DNA from: Octopus sinensis
Taxonomy: Eukaryota
Reading direction: 5' to 3'
Assembly (NCBI RefSeq): GCF_006345805.1
Contig: NC_043012.1
Coordinates: 8,556,001-8,620,000 of the forward strand
DNA: 64,000 nt
Below are positions 49,300 to 63,263 of the stretch, one piece after another (position 1 is the stretch's first letter; every line of letters begins with the position of its first letter). The notes under the pieces were generated by a model. That model saw only the letters and a program-made list of their open reading frames with translations, ran no database searches and was not told the origin of the DNA. A program made the translations under genes and the position numbers.

Positions 49300-49702
49300 T
49301 ATATCATCATCATTTAGCGTCCGCTTTCCATGCTAGCATGGGTTGGATGGTTCAACTGGGGTCTGGGAAGACAGAAGGCTGCACCAGGCCCAATTTGATC
49401 TGGCAATGTTTCTACGGCTGGATGCCCTTCCTAACGCCAACCACTCCGTGAGTGTAGTGGGTGCTTTTTACGTGCCACCCGCACAGGTGCCAGACGGAGC
49501 TGGCAAACGGCCACGGACGGATGGTGCTTTTTTCGTGCCACCGGCACAGGGGCCAGGCGGGGCTGGCAACGGCCACGATCGGATGGTGCTTTTTTCGTGC
49601 CACCGGCACGGGAGCCATATGAGGCTGGCAATGGCCACGAACGGATAGTGCTTTTTACGTGCCACCAGCACGGAGGCCAGTCGGGGCGGCGCTGGCAACG
49701 GC
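49300..49702 (-). mobile_element. Repeat family C copy
   Basis: VNTR plus tail. Confidence 0.85.
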
Positions 49703-50065
49703 CTAAATATAAACGGCAAAATGTCTGTCTGTGTGTGTGTCCTTTATACAAATCCATAATTTTTCAGTTAGAGGGCTCGCACTTTCTATGGTCATTCAAA
49801 ACCGACCAAGAGTGGTCGTGCACATCTTTACATTTCCCCAGTCACCCCGCAAAGCCATTAAGAAATCAATAGAAGTGACTTTTTTGTGAATTTTCTATCC
49901 AAAACCCAATCAAAATGCCCAAAATTTGATACGCCAATTGAATGCCAGCTAGCTGTATGTAATTGGTCGGAGATTTGGACAGTACTCGCGTGTATGTGCG
50001 CACGCATGCAGCTGTATATGCATGCACTAGCACTATGACCTGGCAACGCCAGGTCATAGTGCTAG
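49703..50065 (+). mobile_element. Second non-autonomous Helitron-like family with a long terminal palindrome
   Basis: taaatataaacggcaaaatgtctgtctgtgtgtg 5' part; ends ggcaacgccagg...gCTAG|T. Confidence 0.6.
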
Positions 50066-51106
50066 TATCATTCTATCCTAGAACGGGATACATGATTGTG
50101 TTACAGAGGCATCACCTTACAGCCAGATACTAATCTTAATCTATTTTTCAAGTCAAGGAATTTTTCTCCCTCCAACTTTGAAGGCACAAGCAAACAGATA
50201 ACCAGTTGATAGAACTCACAACAATATCACTGCACATAAGCTGTAACTTTCATTCAACTGAGCACAAATGTAAAGACACACACACACACACACACACATG
50301 CATGTGTATGAGCATACACTGATCTTTTCTGTCCCTATTCTATCAAGCCTGCTCACAAGGCTTTGGTTGGCCCAGAGCTACAGATGATACTTGCACATAC
50401 TACACTTAAGAGGGATTGAACCTGAAACTACATGGATGACAAAGGAACTTCTCAAGTACACAGCCATGCCTGTGCATGCACATATATGATGATGATAATG
50501 ATATATGTATATTACTTTATTTAAAAGCAGCAGAAATTAAAATTTTTGTTAAATTTCTGTTGCTTTTAAATAAAGAATATTACTCTACCTCTGGTATTTG
50601 AGTACTCTTTTTTCCACCTTGTTTCACATTTATGTGTTTACTCCGGTGTGTATATATATATATCATCATTTAACATCCGCTTTCCATGCTGGGATGGGTT
50701 AGACGGTCAGACATGGAGCTGTCCAGACTCCAGCTGTCTGTTGAGGCATGGTTTCCATGGCTGGATGCCCTTCCTAACACCAATCACTTAAAAGATCATG
50801 CTGGGTGCTTTTCTTGTGCAACTGGTATGGGTGTGTATATGCAGCACTGGCACGGGTGTGTTAGAGTAGCACTGGTATGAATGCTTTTTAAGTGGCACCA
50901 GCACCTGAAAGGACAAGCTTGTATGTGTGGAAGACAGCGACTTTACTTAGCTTGATGGGTCTTATCAAGTACAGCAAATCACCACATCTCCCAATAACTT
51001 ATTTCCTCAGTGAGGCTCAGCATCCAAAGATTCTTTTTCATCACTTATTCCCATGTCTTCCTGGGTCTACCCCTTCCAGAGGTATCCTCCACAATTAGAG
51101 CACAGT

Positions 51107-51143
<37 letters not shown>

Positions 51144-51159
51144 TAAAAAGAAACTTCTT

Positions 51160-51515
51160 AATCCTTTTTGCCCCTTGTGGAGCATATGGCCTCAACAGTT
51201 GTTTTCCACTTTTTGCGGTCATTGGCGTGTTTCTTGGCTGCTTCCCATGTCAGGGCAGTGGTCCTAAGCTCGTCCAAAATGCTCTGCTTTGAGCGTCCTC
51301 GCTTCCTTTTCCCCTGCAGGTTCCAGTCAAGTGCTTATCGTGTCACATTTGAGGGTTCTTTCCACAGTGTGTGTCCGATCCATCTCTATTTCCTTCGTCT
51401 AATCTGAACATGTATGGACTCCTAGTTGGCCCTTTCCCACAGGTCGGTGTTTGGCACTCTGTCGAACCACATTAGATGGAGGATCTGCTGGAGACATTTG
51501 TTGATGAAGGTCTGG
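51160..51515 (-). mobile_element. RTE LINE ORF2 3' remnant
   Basis: IQTFINKCLQQIL..W.DRVPNTDLWE..QIRRRK*RWIGHTL..ALDWNLQGKRKRGR. Confidence 0.8.
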
Positions 51516-51728
51516 ATCTTCTTGTAGTTGCTGCAGGTGGCTCTCCATGTTTCATGCTACACTTAAGAGGGATTGAACCTGAAACTACATGGATGACAAA
51601 GTAATCTCTCAAGTACACAGCCATGCCTGTGCATGCATATATATAATGATATATATATATATATATATATATATCATCGTTTAACATCCGTTTAGGAAGC
51701 CATTATTTAAACAGAAAAAAAAAATTAC

Positions 51729-51887
51729 CTGGTGATAGATTCCTGTAGAATGATGATCAAGTTTTGTATCACAGGTAACATTGTGCGTAGTTTGAGGCAT
51801 ACAACAACTTTCTGGCACTGCATGGTAGGTCTTGTACCATTTTGTGTTACGCCAATCTGTGGCGTTCTTTACACCACAACATTCCAA
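51729..51887 (-). CDS. TSPAN3: Tetraspanin-3-like exon (EC2, CCG and PxSCC)
   Basis: LECCGVKNATDWRNTKWYKTYHAVPESCCMPQTTHNVTCDTKLDHHSTGIYHQ; 159 nt. Confidence 0.95.
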
Positions 51888-53719
51888 CTGAAATGGTAAG
51901 AAATGGTAAGATTAACAGATAATTAGACTTTATGTTATACAACAGAAAATGAATATTTATTAACCCTTCAGCTTTCAGATAACTGTCAAATGTAATGTTA
52001 ATTAATGTTAATTTATTCACATTGTTTTGAATTATTCATGTATTATCTTGTAGCTTTCAGATTTTGTGACTGCTTATGTTTAGAATGACAAATGTTGAGT
52101 AGGTATGAGAGGCCAGGTCCAGCCAGTTTGAACCTAAAACAGGAAGAATATTTGGGCCAGTTTAAACACTAAAGTGTTAAAGAAGAGATAATAATGTTGA
52201 CATCACCTTGAAGATCTTTCTTCTCGATAGATAAGAGGTTGTCAAATAACTCTTCAAATTATGAAGTTATACTGTGACAACACTGAACAAATTTAAACCC
52301 TAACAACACCACTACAGCTATTATGTGCCTCTGGGCAAAGCACATGACTTCCTTGGTCTACACACCAGTTGGTCTGGGGTGTACAGACTGTTACTCCCTC
52401 CTCACCATCTTCTGCTGCTTAATTCCACCCCCTTGCCCTTTTTCTTTGTTTCCTTGGGGTACTTCTGTTTTTTTTTTGTTTGATAATTTAATCTTTTATA
52501 CTTATGTTTTATTTTTTATTTTTCTCCCTCTAAAAACATATTGATAAAATGCGATTTAACACTAATACAAAAATTAACAAAATTTTAATGGCTATTTTTA
52601 ATTTAGATTATTTAAAACAGAATTTGTATCATGAAACCAAGAGTGGTTTCAGGCAGGTTTGATGATATCAAAAGAGTTAATATTCACTGTCCCATAGTGA
52701 CACAAGTTTGATAGTTTGGTAGGCACCAACGAAGTGGAGGACCACATCATGTCCCAATATTCATCTCTGAATGGTTTCTGTGGCTGAATGCCTGCCTTTA
52801 TTCCAACTACTTCACAGAATGTGTTAGGTGCTTTTCTTTTCTTCATGACACCAGCACTATTGAGGATTCCATACATATTTTACAGACAATAGTATTTAAT
52901 TTATGGAAGGACAAATACAGTTATTCCAATACTGTATCAGAGGTAGCTTGGAAAATGTGTGGGGAGGTTAATTACTAAGGCACAGCAAAATACTTCAGAT
53001 CTTCATAATGTCTGAAGAAAGCTGATCTGGTGGAGTATAGTCTACGATCTGTGCTTGTAGTATGATGTTACCACTACTGGAAAAGAACAAATGCTTTGCA
53101 ACAATACAGTGCTTAGAATACTTCTTACAATAAACTACCACTGCAGGGTCCCTATTTACAGCTAGGTAGACTACTGGAGTAATGAAATTAACTGTTATAA
53201 CTTAGATAGGTTTTTGCCAGTATAGGCTCAGGCCATATCTAACTTAATAGCACCATCTGGTTATAGCAATAAATAGTGGTACCGTTTATGGGCTATGAAC
53301 TATTGTTCTCAATAAATAGGCTGGCATTGAACCAATTTGCTAAAAAACAATAAATGAAGATAAATTCTTTATTCATTTTCTGTTATAGTCACATTTTTTA
53401 TTATTGTATTCTCTGGTCTTCAAGTGCTTGTCACATTTTAGTAATATTCTCACAACTGGAACCAAAACCTTTATTAAATCTACATTGGGTAGATTGTTCT
53501 AATTCCATTGTCCAAATCAATGAGATTCTCTTCTTATGAAGTTAGTTTATGTTTGAACCAGAGTATATATAATTTCACTGACCTAGGAATTGAACTTACA
53601 CTCACCAGCTAAACTACTATTCTGATCACTTAATATTCACAATTCCTGTTATGAAGGCCAGAGGGCACAAAGGCCAGCCAACGTGGGTGAGAACACTATT
53701 TGGAATAAATCAGTGTGTA

Positions 53720-54105
53720 TCATCACCATCATCATCGTTTAACATCCGCTTTCCATGCTAGCATGGGTTGGACGATTTGACTGAGGGCTGGTGAGCCAGG
53801 AGGCTGCACTAAGCTCCAATCTTGATCTGGTAGAGTTTCTACAGCTGGATGCCCTTCCTAATGCCAAACACTCCGAGAGTGTAGTGGGTGCTTTTTACGT
53901 GCCACCGGCACGGGGGCCAGTCAGGCGGCACTGGAAACGACCTCGCTCGAATCTTATTATACGTGCCAGTGAAGCGACATTGGTAACGATCACACTCGAA
54001 TGGTGCCCTTTTACGTGCCACAGGTACGGAAGCCAGTTGGCTGCTCTGGCAACGATCATGCTTGGATGGTGTTCTTGGCACCCTACTAGCACAGGCATAA
54101 GTACC
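53720..54105 (-). mobile_element. Repeat family C copy (variant subfamily)
   Basis: (CAT)n tail, VNTR. Confidence 0.8.
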
Positions 54106-54220
54106 AGTAAGACGACGCTGGGTAATTCCATATTACAGAAATTTAGATGAACAAACAGGCATTTCATATTTCAAGTGAAACTTTATAAAGACTTTTTCTA
54201 ACAATGCAGACTTTACTTAC

Positions 54221-54319
54221 CTCTCGCTGTACATAGTCAATCTGATCATGATCAATACTACTGACATTGTCGTATTTGTTGATAGCAAGCGTCAATCCAT
54301 CTGACACAGCAGAGGTCAC
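54221..54319 (-). CDS. TSPAN3: Tetraspanin-3-like exon
   Basis: VTSAVSDGLTLAINKYDNVSSIDHDQIDYVQRE (human AIDYVQRQ); 99 nt. Confidence 0.92.
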
Positions 54320-54479
54320 CTGTGTAGAAGAGATACATACAATAATAATAATAATTGTTGAGTACTATGACTTCTTTTTTGTATTTGTCAGCTTCTTTAA
54401 AGACTGGAAACAGTTTTTTTTTGTTTTGTTTGTGTTTATTTGTATTAGTTTTCCTTGCTTCTGAAACAGGTATTTCTGT

Positions 54480-55735
54480 AGTCCTATGGAGGTTATTTTA
54501 TAATAGTTTTCTCGCTGTATAAGGCCTCTACCACCTTCGATATGTTCTATATATATAGCCTTTCTATGTCAGATTTTGGGTGGTGCATCCTAAATCCTGT
54601 CATTATTTTTCTTGTTTTTCTGTATTTTAATTAGTTCATTTAGGGTCCAGTTAAGAATATTGTAGCTGTAACATAACTGGGATGGCTAGAGTGTTGATAC
54701 CTATTATCTTGTTTTCTGCATTGAGCTCTGTTTTCAGTATTAATCTAACTCATCTATAGTATTCTATTTTTTTTTAATCTTCTCTTTCATTTGTGTGTGT
54801 TGTATCAAATCTAGTTCATTGATTCCTAAGTATTTGTATATCTGGCCTTGGTCTAATTCTCTCATTTCATTTGCTTAATATAGCGTGATGTTGCTACTCT
54901 TAACTAGTTTTCTTCTTTCCAAGGTTGCTTTGGCACATTTTTCTAAAAAGTCATAGTACCTAACAACTATGAAGAAAAAAAACAAACAAAAAAAAAAAGC
55001 TGTAAAACAACTGAAATCCAAACTAAAAATGGCAAATACTGGGTTAAACCAAATGCAAAAGAAATAGACAAAGCAAAACCCCAACAATGGCTCTGAGGAT
55101 TTTTAACTGCAGCACAAGACCAAAGCCTTTCCACCAGAAATTACCAAAAACATGTAATGAAAAGAAATACAAATAACTGTAGAATATGTGGGGATGGAGA
55201 AGAAACAATAAATCATATTGTCTCAGGCTGCCGAGTCCTGGTTAAGAAGAAATATATTCAGACACGACAGAGTTGGGATCAATGTACACTGGAAGCTATG
55301 CCAACACTATGGAATAACAGAAAAAAGATGCTATAGGCACACGCCAGAAAAGGTCACAGAAAATGAGAAAACAACCATACTATGAGATATGCCAATACAC
55401 ACAGATAGAGAAATTAAAGCTAATAGGTTGGATATAGTTGTCAGGGATCACCAAGAAAAAAAAATGCTTTCTAATCAATGTATCAATACCAAAAGATGAC
55501 AATGTTTCTCTAAAAGAAATGGAGAAACTTTCAAAATACAAAGACCTGGAAATAGAGGTAACTCGAAAGTGGAGTCTAAAAACAGAAACAATTCCTATCA
55601 TAGTAGGCGCATTAGGTAAGATAAAAAAATATTCAAACAGATACATAAACTCACCAGGACTAACAAGTATATATAACATACAGAAAATAGCCCTACTAGG
55701 CATCACACACATCCTACTTTCAATACAGTAGCCAT
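54480..55735. mobile_element. 5'-inverted, truncated R4/Dong-type (REL-endonuclease) LINE
   Basis: Minus 54480-54960: LEKCAKAT..IYKYLGI..INTLAIP. Plus 54990-55735: AAQDQSL, CRICGDGEETINHIVSGC (CCHC), RHD, NRLDIVV, KEMEKLSKYKDL. Confidence 0.85.
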
Positions 55736-55914
55736 AAGAGCATCACAACAAACCACAGCACATACCCAAGGCACACAGAGCTGCGCATGGCAATGCAGTG
55801 AAAGCATGCGATAAAAATAAAACTACTGAATAATAATAATAATAATGATATCAAATTTTGGCACAAGGCCAGCAAGTTAGGGATGGGAGTAAGTTGAATA
55901 ATAATAACAACAAC

Positions 55915-56180
55915 AATAATTTTGCAATTTCCTATGATAGCAGAGTCAATACCAAAGAAATGGGAAAAAATTGAGAAATACCAGGATCTGGTCAGAGAGC
56001 TGAGGAGACCATGGAAGACCAAGACAACAATTATTCCCATAGTAATAGGTGCACTTGGCACAACACCCAAAATGCCACCTAAAGGACTGAAAGAAATTGG
56101 AATTGAAACTAGCATTGTCGACCTGCAAGAAAGTGCCATCTTATATTCTGAAAGAATACTAAGGAAGATTGAGATTTGAG
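55915..56180 (+). mobile_element. 3' fragment of a second REL-LINE subfamily
   Basis: EKIEKYQDLVRELRRPWKTKTTIIPIVIGALGT. Confidence 0.75.
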
Positions 56181-57638
56181 GAAACTTGTCACCAAACCCC
56201 AAGATAAAGTACCTGTCAACTAAATGAGCAGGTGCTAGCATAATATCACATATAACCAAGCATATTATAGAACAGTTATAGAATAACTAAAACTGTGCAA
56301 AGGTTTCTAATAAATTGGAAAAATATAATTTTATGTCCACTTTCACATGCTGGCATGGGTTGGACAAGTCACTGTTTTCCAAACCAGGTTGTGAACAGCA
56401 TTTCATTTTTACATTCCATGGTTTCTACTACAACTGGTTGATCTTTCTAGGAAACACTGAACAATCATTTTAATGTGGTACAGCACCAGAGAGGTTGTCT
56501 TATCCCTGACAAGACTAAAAAGTTACTGTTTGTTCATGGCAACTTTTGTATAGTGAAACTGTACACTCCACCTGGTAAAAAGCCGTAGTAGCCAGCCTTT
56601 ATAAATAGACCAGTTGACAGAGATGGTCAAAGGGGAGGGTCGAGACTTAGTCATGTGTGCTGATATAGTAATTATAGTGTGATAATGAGTGGATGTTATA
56701 ATGATCCAACCTTTTGAGGATAACAACACTGTACGAGTCACACAGTGGCAGATAGAACCATTCTATTAACGACTATAACAATATCTGTCAGAGTGACAAC
56801 CGTCATCAAAAGACAGAGTGACAAAAGACCACTTTGCAACAGCAACATAACTGAATGAGTGACAGAGTGAGGATAGACAACTACATGTTGACTGTTGGAA
56901 AGGAAATTGAATAGAAATTATCACGCGTGGTAGGGTGAGGGGAAGAGAGTAATAGAAATGAGGGCAGCGAAAGAGATAACTGAAAAAAACAAATGAAGGT
57001 GACAATAAGTGGCAGAGAGTGATGGATAGCAGGGAGGATGGGTGACAGGGGAGAGAGAATGAGTCAATGGGAGAATGAGGGTCAGAAATAAAGAAAGGTT
57101 CTGAACTAATATTGCTTCAGTCATTAATAACAAAAAAAAAAAAAAAACCATTTATTTTGAAAATCTGAGGAAGAACCCCATTTTTCAATCTTGCTTTCTT
57201 CTCCAAGTGAAACCTCAACTGTTCATCTGTGCTGGCCTGCGTTAGACAGCCCGATAGGATTCAACCTGCTTGAGGGTTGCACTGAGCTCTAATATATGCC
57301 TTGGCATGGTTTCTACAATTGGATGCTCTTCTTAAAATCTGCTACAATGAATTTTGTCTGACCCTTATCAGCATAGAAAAATAGACATTAAAATGATTTT
57401 CTTTTCTGAGCTATGACAAGTTAAATATAATAAATTTTCCAACATTAAAGTTAAAATGCCAAGTATTGGTTCTTTGGTGATCCAGCATAGTCATTCTTAA
57501 CAGAAGTACCATAATTTATGCTGAGGAGGTCCAGAAGTTAATATTGAAACAAACTTTAGGGAAAGTTCATAAAAGTGTGATCAAACTTTGAGGCAAACAT
57601 GCAAATAAAAGAGAAAGGAATGGTTAAAAGTTACTTAC

Positions 57639-57713
57639 ATGTGATCTGTATAAGTAAGCTAACAGACCAGCTGTGACCTCAGCAGTGAGTACCACAAGTA
57701 AGGCAATGAAGTA
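57639..57713 (-). CDS. TSPAN3: Tetraspanin-3-like exon (TM3)
   Basis: YFIALLVVLTAEVTAGLLAYLYRSH; ttcag|..|gtaagt; 75 nt; polar Glu in TM3. Confidence 0.92.
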
Positions 57714-59799
57714 CTGAAACAGCAAAACATGGAAATTGTTATAATAGATGTGACCAAATTAAACATACAACCAGGGTTTTTTTTTTGTTTTTTTTTAATA
57801 GCAGAATCAGTATCAAACAACAACACAAAATTGTAAAACAGGTACAACGAGCAAGGCCCTTTTGCAAAGGACTTAAGAGAATCAGTTTTCTAAAACCTCA
57901 GGTTACTCAATATTTCAAGATATTCATAACTAGTAAAACAGGTAAGGGTTAACAACAGGAAGAGCATCCAGGTGTAAAACAACACATCAACCATATTTAT
58001 GTAACCCATTCTCAGACCTAAATTTGTCACAAGCGCTTGGTCTCCAAAAGCCAGAGTTTAATCCAATTCCCATGGTGTACAATTGACTGGGGGAGCAATG
58101 TGAATAAAAGCAATTTACTCAAGAACACAATGTCTCACCCAGTCTGCAAATTGGAACCTTGATTTTATGACTTGTGTAGATCTACACTAAACAAGGGGCC
58201 ATGTGGACTGGTTGTTAGGGTGTTGAACTGCAACATGGAAAAATGGGTATAAAAATGAAAGCACAAACAAGTATGCACACATATGCAGATACAAGCATGG
58301 CCGAGAGGTTAAAAAATTCAGTTTGCTACCATGAGGAACTGGGTTTGATCCCACTGAATGGAATCTTAGGCAAATGTCCATTATCACAGATTTGAGAAGA
58401 CCCAAACCTTGTGAGTGAAACTGGGTACTTTGAAGGTCCAACCATGTCACAATGATTCACTTATACCTAAGGGATACTCAACCACTTCACATACTAACTG
58501 AATGGGTAACTCATTCAGATGATTGAACAAGAGGATGTTCATACATTGTTCTCAATGGAGAATTCCACCATCATATATCACAGATTGACAGATCAATCAT
58601 TATTGTCTAACGTCTACCATGCTTGCATGGATCAGACGAGTGTGCATTGAGGCAGAGTTCTTCCTCTGGTCGGATGCCCTTCCTGTCACCAACCATCGCT
58701 TATGTCCAAGTGAGGTAATAATCTTTTTGAGTATTGCACAAATAACAGCTCAGACATATTCTATACAGTGAACTGGAAACAAGCAACACAATTTGAGGTG
58801 CCTTTTGTTTACAAAGATCACACATGTTGAGGAATGTTAGGAAGCTCAGATATTTCTTATTTCTTTACTACCCACAAGGGGCTAAACATAGAGGGGACAA
58901 AAAAGGACAGACAAAGGGATTAAGTCGATTACATCGACCTCAGTGCGTAACTGGTACTTAATTTATCGACCGCGAAAGGATGAAAGGCAAAGTCAACCTC
59001 AGCGGAATTTGAACTCAGAACATAACGGCAGACGAAATACCACTAAGCATTTTGCCCGGCATGCTAATGTTTCTGCCAGCTCGCTGCCTGGCTCAGACTG
59101 CAAGCCAATGACACTGGTAGAAAGCTATTGTTTACAGACCAGTGAACATGAGGGAAACCCACACACATACCTGTGTGTGAGTGGTTTTGGTAAGAGAAAG
59201 CTGAAAGAAGCCCACTGTGTGTATGTGTGAATATGAATCCCCTTGTCTTGACATTGGAGGATAGTTGTAAACGAGTGTCACTGTTATACAAGCTGTACCA
59301 TTCAATTCCAATATTCTGCAGAATCAAGGCTGGTCACAGGGAAATATTAGCTTACTTCATACATGCGAAGGTCAGCAACAAGGACATCTATCCAGAGAAA
59401 ATCTGCCTCAAGAAACTTCATCCAACCCATGAAAATGTAAAGAGTGGACAATGAAAGCAAACTTCTCAACCACATACCTATGCCTGTGTCCTAGGCAGAT
59501 CCATCACCACCACTACATATCACAATCAGCACAGTTTGATTTCCGTTGTGTCACAAAGTCGAGAAGATTGTTTGTGTGTGTGTGTGTGTGTGTGTGTGAG
59601 GGGGGGTTGTTTGTTAGAGGAAACAAAAAGGACACTCAGCAAGATAAGGTTTGTTTATTTGTCAGTTGTTAACAGTGGAAGATTGAAATAAAGTTGACTC
59701 ATACATTGACACCAGCAGGAAACACAACCAGAATAAAAATGTAAAGATGAACTGTTGGTATGGTCAACCAGCTTCCATCAGAGATATTCTGTATCAATG

Positions 59800-60008
59800 T
59801 AAACCTTTTGATACCAACTTGTCTGAAACTGCCCATCATTTGTTTTAATGCAATCTAAACTAAAACCTGTCGAAATTCCATGTGAATTTGTGTTCTGAAT
59901 ACCATCTTGGTATCGACAAAGTTATTTTATTAAATCCTCCATTATTTTAAAAATTGATTGAAGCAAAGGTAGTGTATTTCAACAGAAATAGGGTATCAAG
60001 AGGGTTAA
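59800..60008. mobile_element. piggyBac-type MITE family F
   Basis: taaaccttttgatacc...ggtatcaagagggttaa. Confidence 0.75.
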
Positions 60009-60468
60009 ACTAAGTCATGACTTTCCCCCTACAAAAGATATCTCCAGAGCAAAATTCAATTGAATGATAATCCTTACAACTCCCATCAGCTGATACTCAG
60101 AGGTAAATATGAATTCATTCTATTTTCAATATTTAAAAGAGTTATTTATAGGACATTGATAAAATAGAACTTTCTCCAGCTGATGTCTTCAGCGTTAACC
60201 TAGATATTTCCTTGAATCAAAGGCAGTCTCTATGTGGTTAATCACTAGATTCTATTGTTTTAGCTTGGTTTCTACAGCTGGATGCCTTTCCTAATGCCAA
60301 CCATTTTACAGTGTATACTGGATGCTTTTTACATGGCAGCTTGGTTTTAGGATCTCAATTTTGTTGGGGAGGGCGGGTCTTCTCGAGTGCAACAATGCAT
60401 CACATATCTCGGTTCTTTGAGTATAAACATAACAGACTGTTTCCTTCCTCTTTCAACCCCTCTCTCTA

Positions 60469-60499
<31 letters not shown>

Positions 60500-60689
60500 G
60501 GGGAGGAAAATGATGGTGGTGGTGGCGGCGGCGGCAATGGTTTGAAAATTTGATCAAAATAGACACCAGTCAAACTATTGCAGTGTTCTTTTGCATTACT
60601 GAAACTGTATAGTGATGGAAAAGATTACAGATTTATATTCAAAGCAACACTAAATGACAGATTGACATATTTATACAATACTGGTTTCT

Positions 60690-61170
60690 ACATCCACGAT
60701 TTAAAGGAATTCTAAGGCCAGTTAATCACTTTTTTTTGCCTTGTTGAATCTGAAGGAAAGGTTAGGGTACCCATGACTTCTGCAGATTTTCCCAGACTGA
60801 TGAGTTTGATGATATTAAGGTTCCAGTCGAGCAAGGACAAGACTGCAGTGAGAGAATGGTCTGAAGAGGAAAATCTAGGCATGGAGGTTAGTAAAGGGCA
60901 GTGGGATTGGATGATACAACAATGGTAAGAGGTGAAGAGACTGCCTGAGTAATAAAAGTATCAGACCAGCCAGCTTACAGAAGCCACAGAGAGGGAAAAA
61001 AAAAAAAGAAGGAAAATGGAGAGAGGAGATAGCACACTTGGAGAACAGGGAATGGAATGTAACCAATAAACTGAGTGACCCCTCTCCAGATATGGTCCAA
61101 GATGTTGATGTATTTAACAACAGTGCCATCTTGGATGTGAGAGAAGTAATCCACTCTGGACATCACATGA
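60690..61170 (-). mobile_element. Decayed CR1/Jockey-like LINE 3' remnant
   Basis: KAHVMSRVDYFSHIQ..NILDHIWRGVTQFIG resembles the YKAQVRP.MEYCSHIW..LDR.QRRA thumb region. Confidence 0.45.
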
Positions 61171-62064
61171 GCCTTATGATCTGATCTGAGACCCCCTTCG
61201 GTCAGACACTGACCATGGGCCTGCACCTAGAAAGTTACCCTCTGAGGCACAAGTCTGGGCAAGGTTGTTTATGGAAGACCAGCAGTCGCCCATGCATACC
61301 GGCCTCCCCTCTCCACGCCACCAGTGTTATCCAAGGGAAAGGCAAAGGGGCCGATACAGCTTGGTACCTGTGACATTGCAACTCATTTCTACAGCTGAGT
61401 GAACTGGAGCAACGTGAAATAAAGTGTCTTGCTCAAGAACACAACATGCAGCCCGGTCTGGGATTCAAGCTCACAACTTCGACACTCTAACCACTGAGCC
61501 ATGCGCCTTCAGAGTGTTAATAACTGATGGGGTTGAAATATCTTCTGGTATTAAAAAAAGGGCTAGCCTTAGGGATTAGGTCTGAGCAATGCTAGGGACC
61601 AGCTTTTGCTAGGAAAGCTTCTTGGTGACAGCAAAGCCTAGTGTTCTGAGTGATTGCAAGGGCTCTAGTTGAGTGCCACTTGTATTTAGTGGGAATAGAG
61701 TGCAGTGGTGTTTTCTTGACTTTTGAGTGACTTTCTAAGGAACTTCATAATTGATTTAATTCTGAGTGGAGTGTCACCAGCATTTCACACACAACGACTC
61801 TCTATTACTCAATTACACTTCCAATTAATCCATTGTCAATAGCACTATAAAAAAAAATAATAAAAGTACAAAAAAAAATTGCCTTATAAAAGAATAATTC
61901 TTTTTATCAGTTTATGAAAAAGATTAGTTCTATATCTGTTAAGAGGTGCTGAGCGCAATATGCAGAAATGGGTTAGCATATCAGTTCTCATTGACATGCA
62001 TAGATTTAGCAACCTTATGAATATATAACTGTGTATATTTGTGTGGGCATTTGTGCCTCCCCAC

Positions 62065-62480
62065 ATCATCATCATCATTTAGCGTCCGTTTTCCATGCTA
62101 GCATGGGTTGGACGGTTCAACTGGGGTCTGTGAAGCCGGAAGGCTGCATCAGGCCCAGTCAGATCTGGCAGTGTTTCTACGGCTGGATGCCCTTCCTAAC
62201 GCCAACCACTCCGTGAGTGTAGTGGGTGCTTTTTACATGCCACCGGCATGGGGGCCAGACGAGGCTGGCCACGGACACGAATGGATGGTGCTTTTACATG
62301 CCACCGGCACGGGGGCCAGGCAAGGCTGGCAACGGACACGAACGGATGGTGCTTTTACGTGCTACCGCCACGGAGGCCAGACGGGGCGGCGCCGGCAACG
62401 ACCACGATCGGATGGTTCGCTTAACCACAGCTGCAATTTCCACTGATGTTGATCGACCTCAATTTTGGTTCTGATTTGAT
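62065..62480 (-). mobile_element. Repeat family C copy
   Basis: Tail, VNTR and the same 5' end as 8720/24005. Confidence 0.85.
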
Positions 62481-62481
62481 T

Positions 62482-62551
<70 letters not shown>

Positions 62552-62677
62552 AAAAATAGGATAAAATCTTCATAAGAATTTATCAAGTAGTTAGCGTGAA
62601 AAACCTCATAAGAGAAAAAAACACCAATTTTTTCACTTAAATATATTTATTTGTATTATATCTAATACAACCATAAT

Positions 62678-62724
<47 letters not shown>

Positions 62725-63263
62725 CTTCATATTAGAGGGCAGTGTTACTTTGATGCAGGATAGGTTTCATGTAAATATAAGTATCTATGTATATCTGTTC
62801 TGTCTTAATATTAAGACTAAAGAAGGCAGCGAGCTGGCAGAAATGTTAGCATGCTGAGCAAAATGCTTAGAAGTATTTTGTCTGTTCTGAGTTCAAATTC
62901 CACCAAGGTCAACTTTGCCTTTCATCCTTTTGGGGAAAATAAATTAAGTACCAGTTGCATACTGGGGTAGATTTAATCGACTCACCCCCTCCCTTAAAAT
63001 TTCGGACTTGTGCCTAGAGTAGAAAAGAATATCGAGACACTGTCAAGTACTTCATGTTAAGAATAAATAGTTTTATGCATCTAACCCACTTTATGAATAG
63101 AAAGAGCGCCAATCATTCTTAGTATAGTTTCATAATTATATAAGGTATATATATATTTTTTTTAACATACCAGAGATTTAAATAGGAAAAATTAAAAACA
63201 GTCAAATATAATTAACACATCTGTCAGCATGATAACAACATGGTAATAAAGAACTAAACTTAC

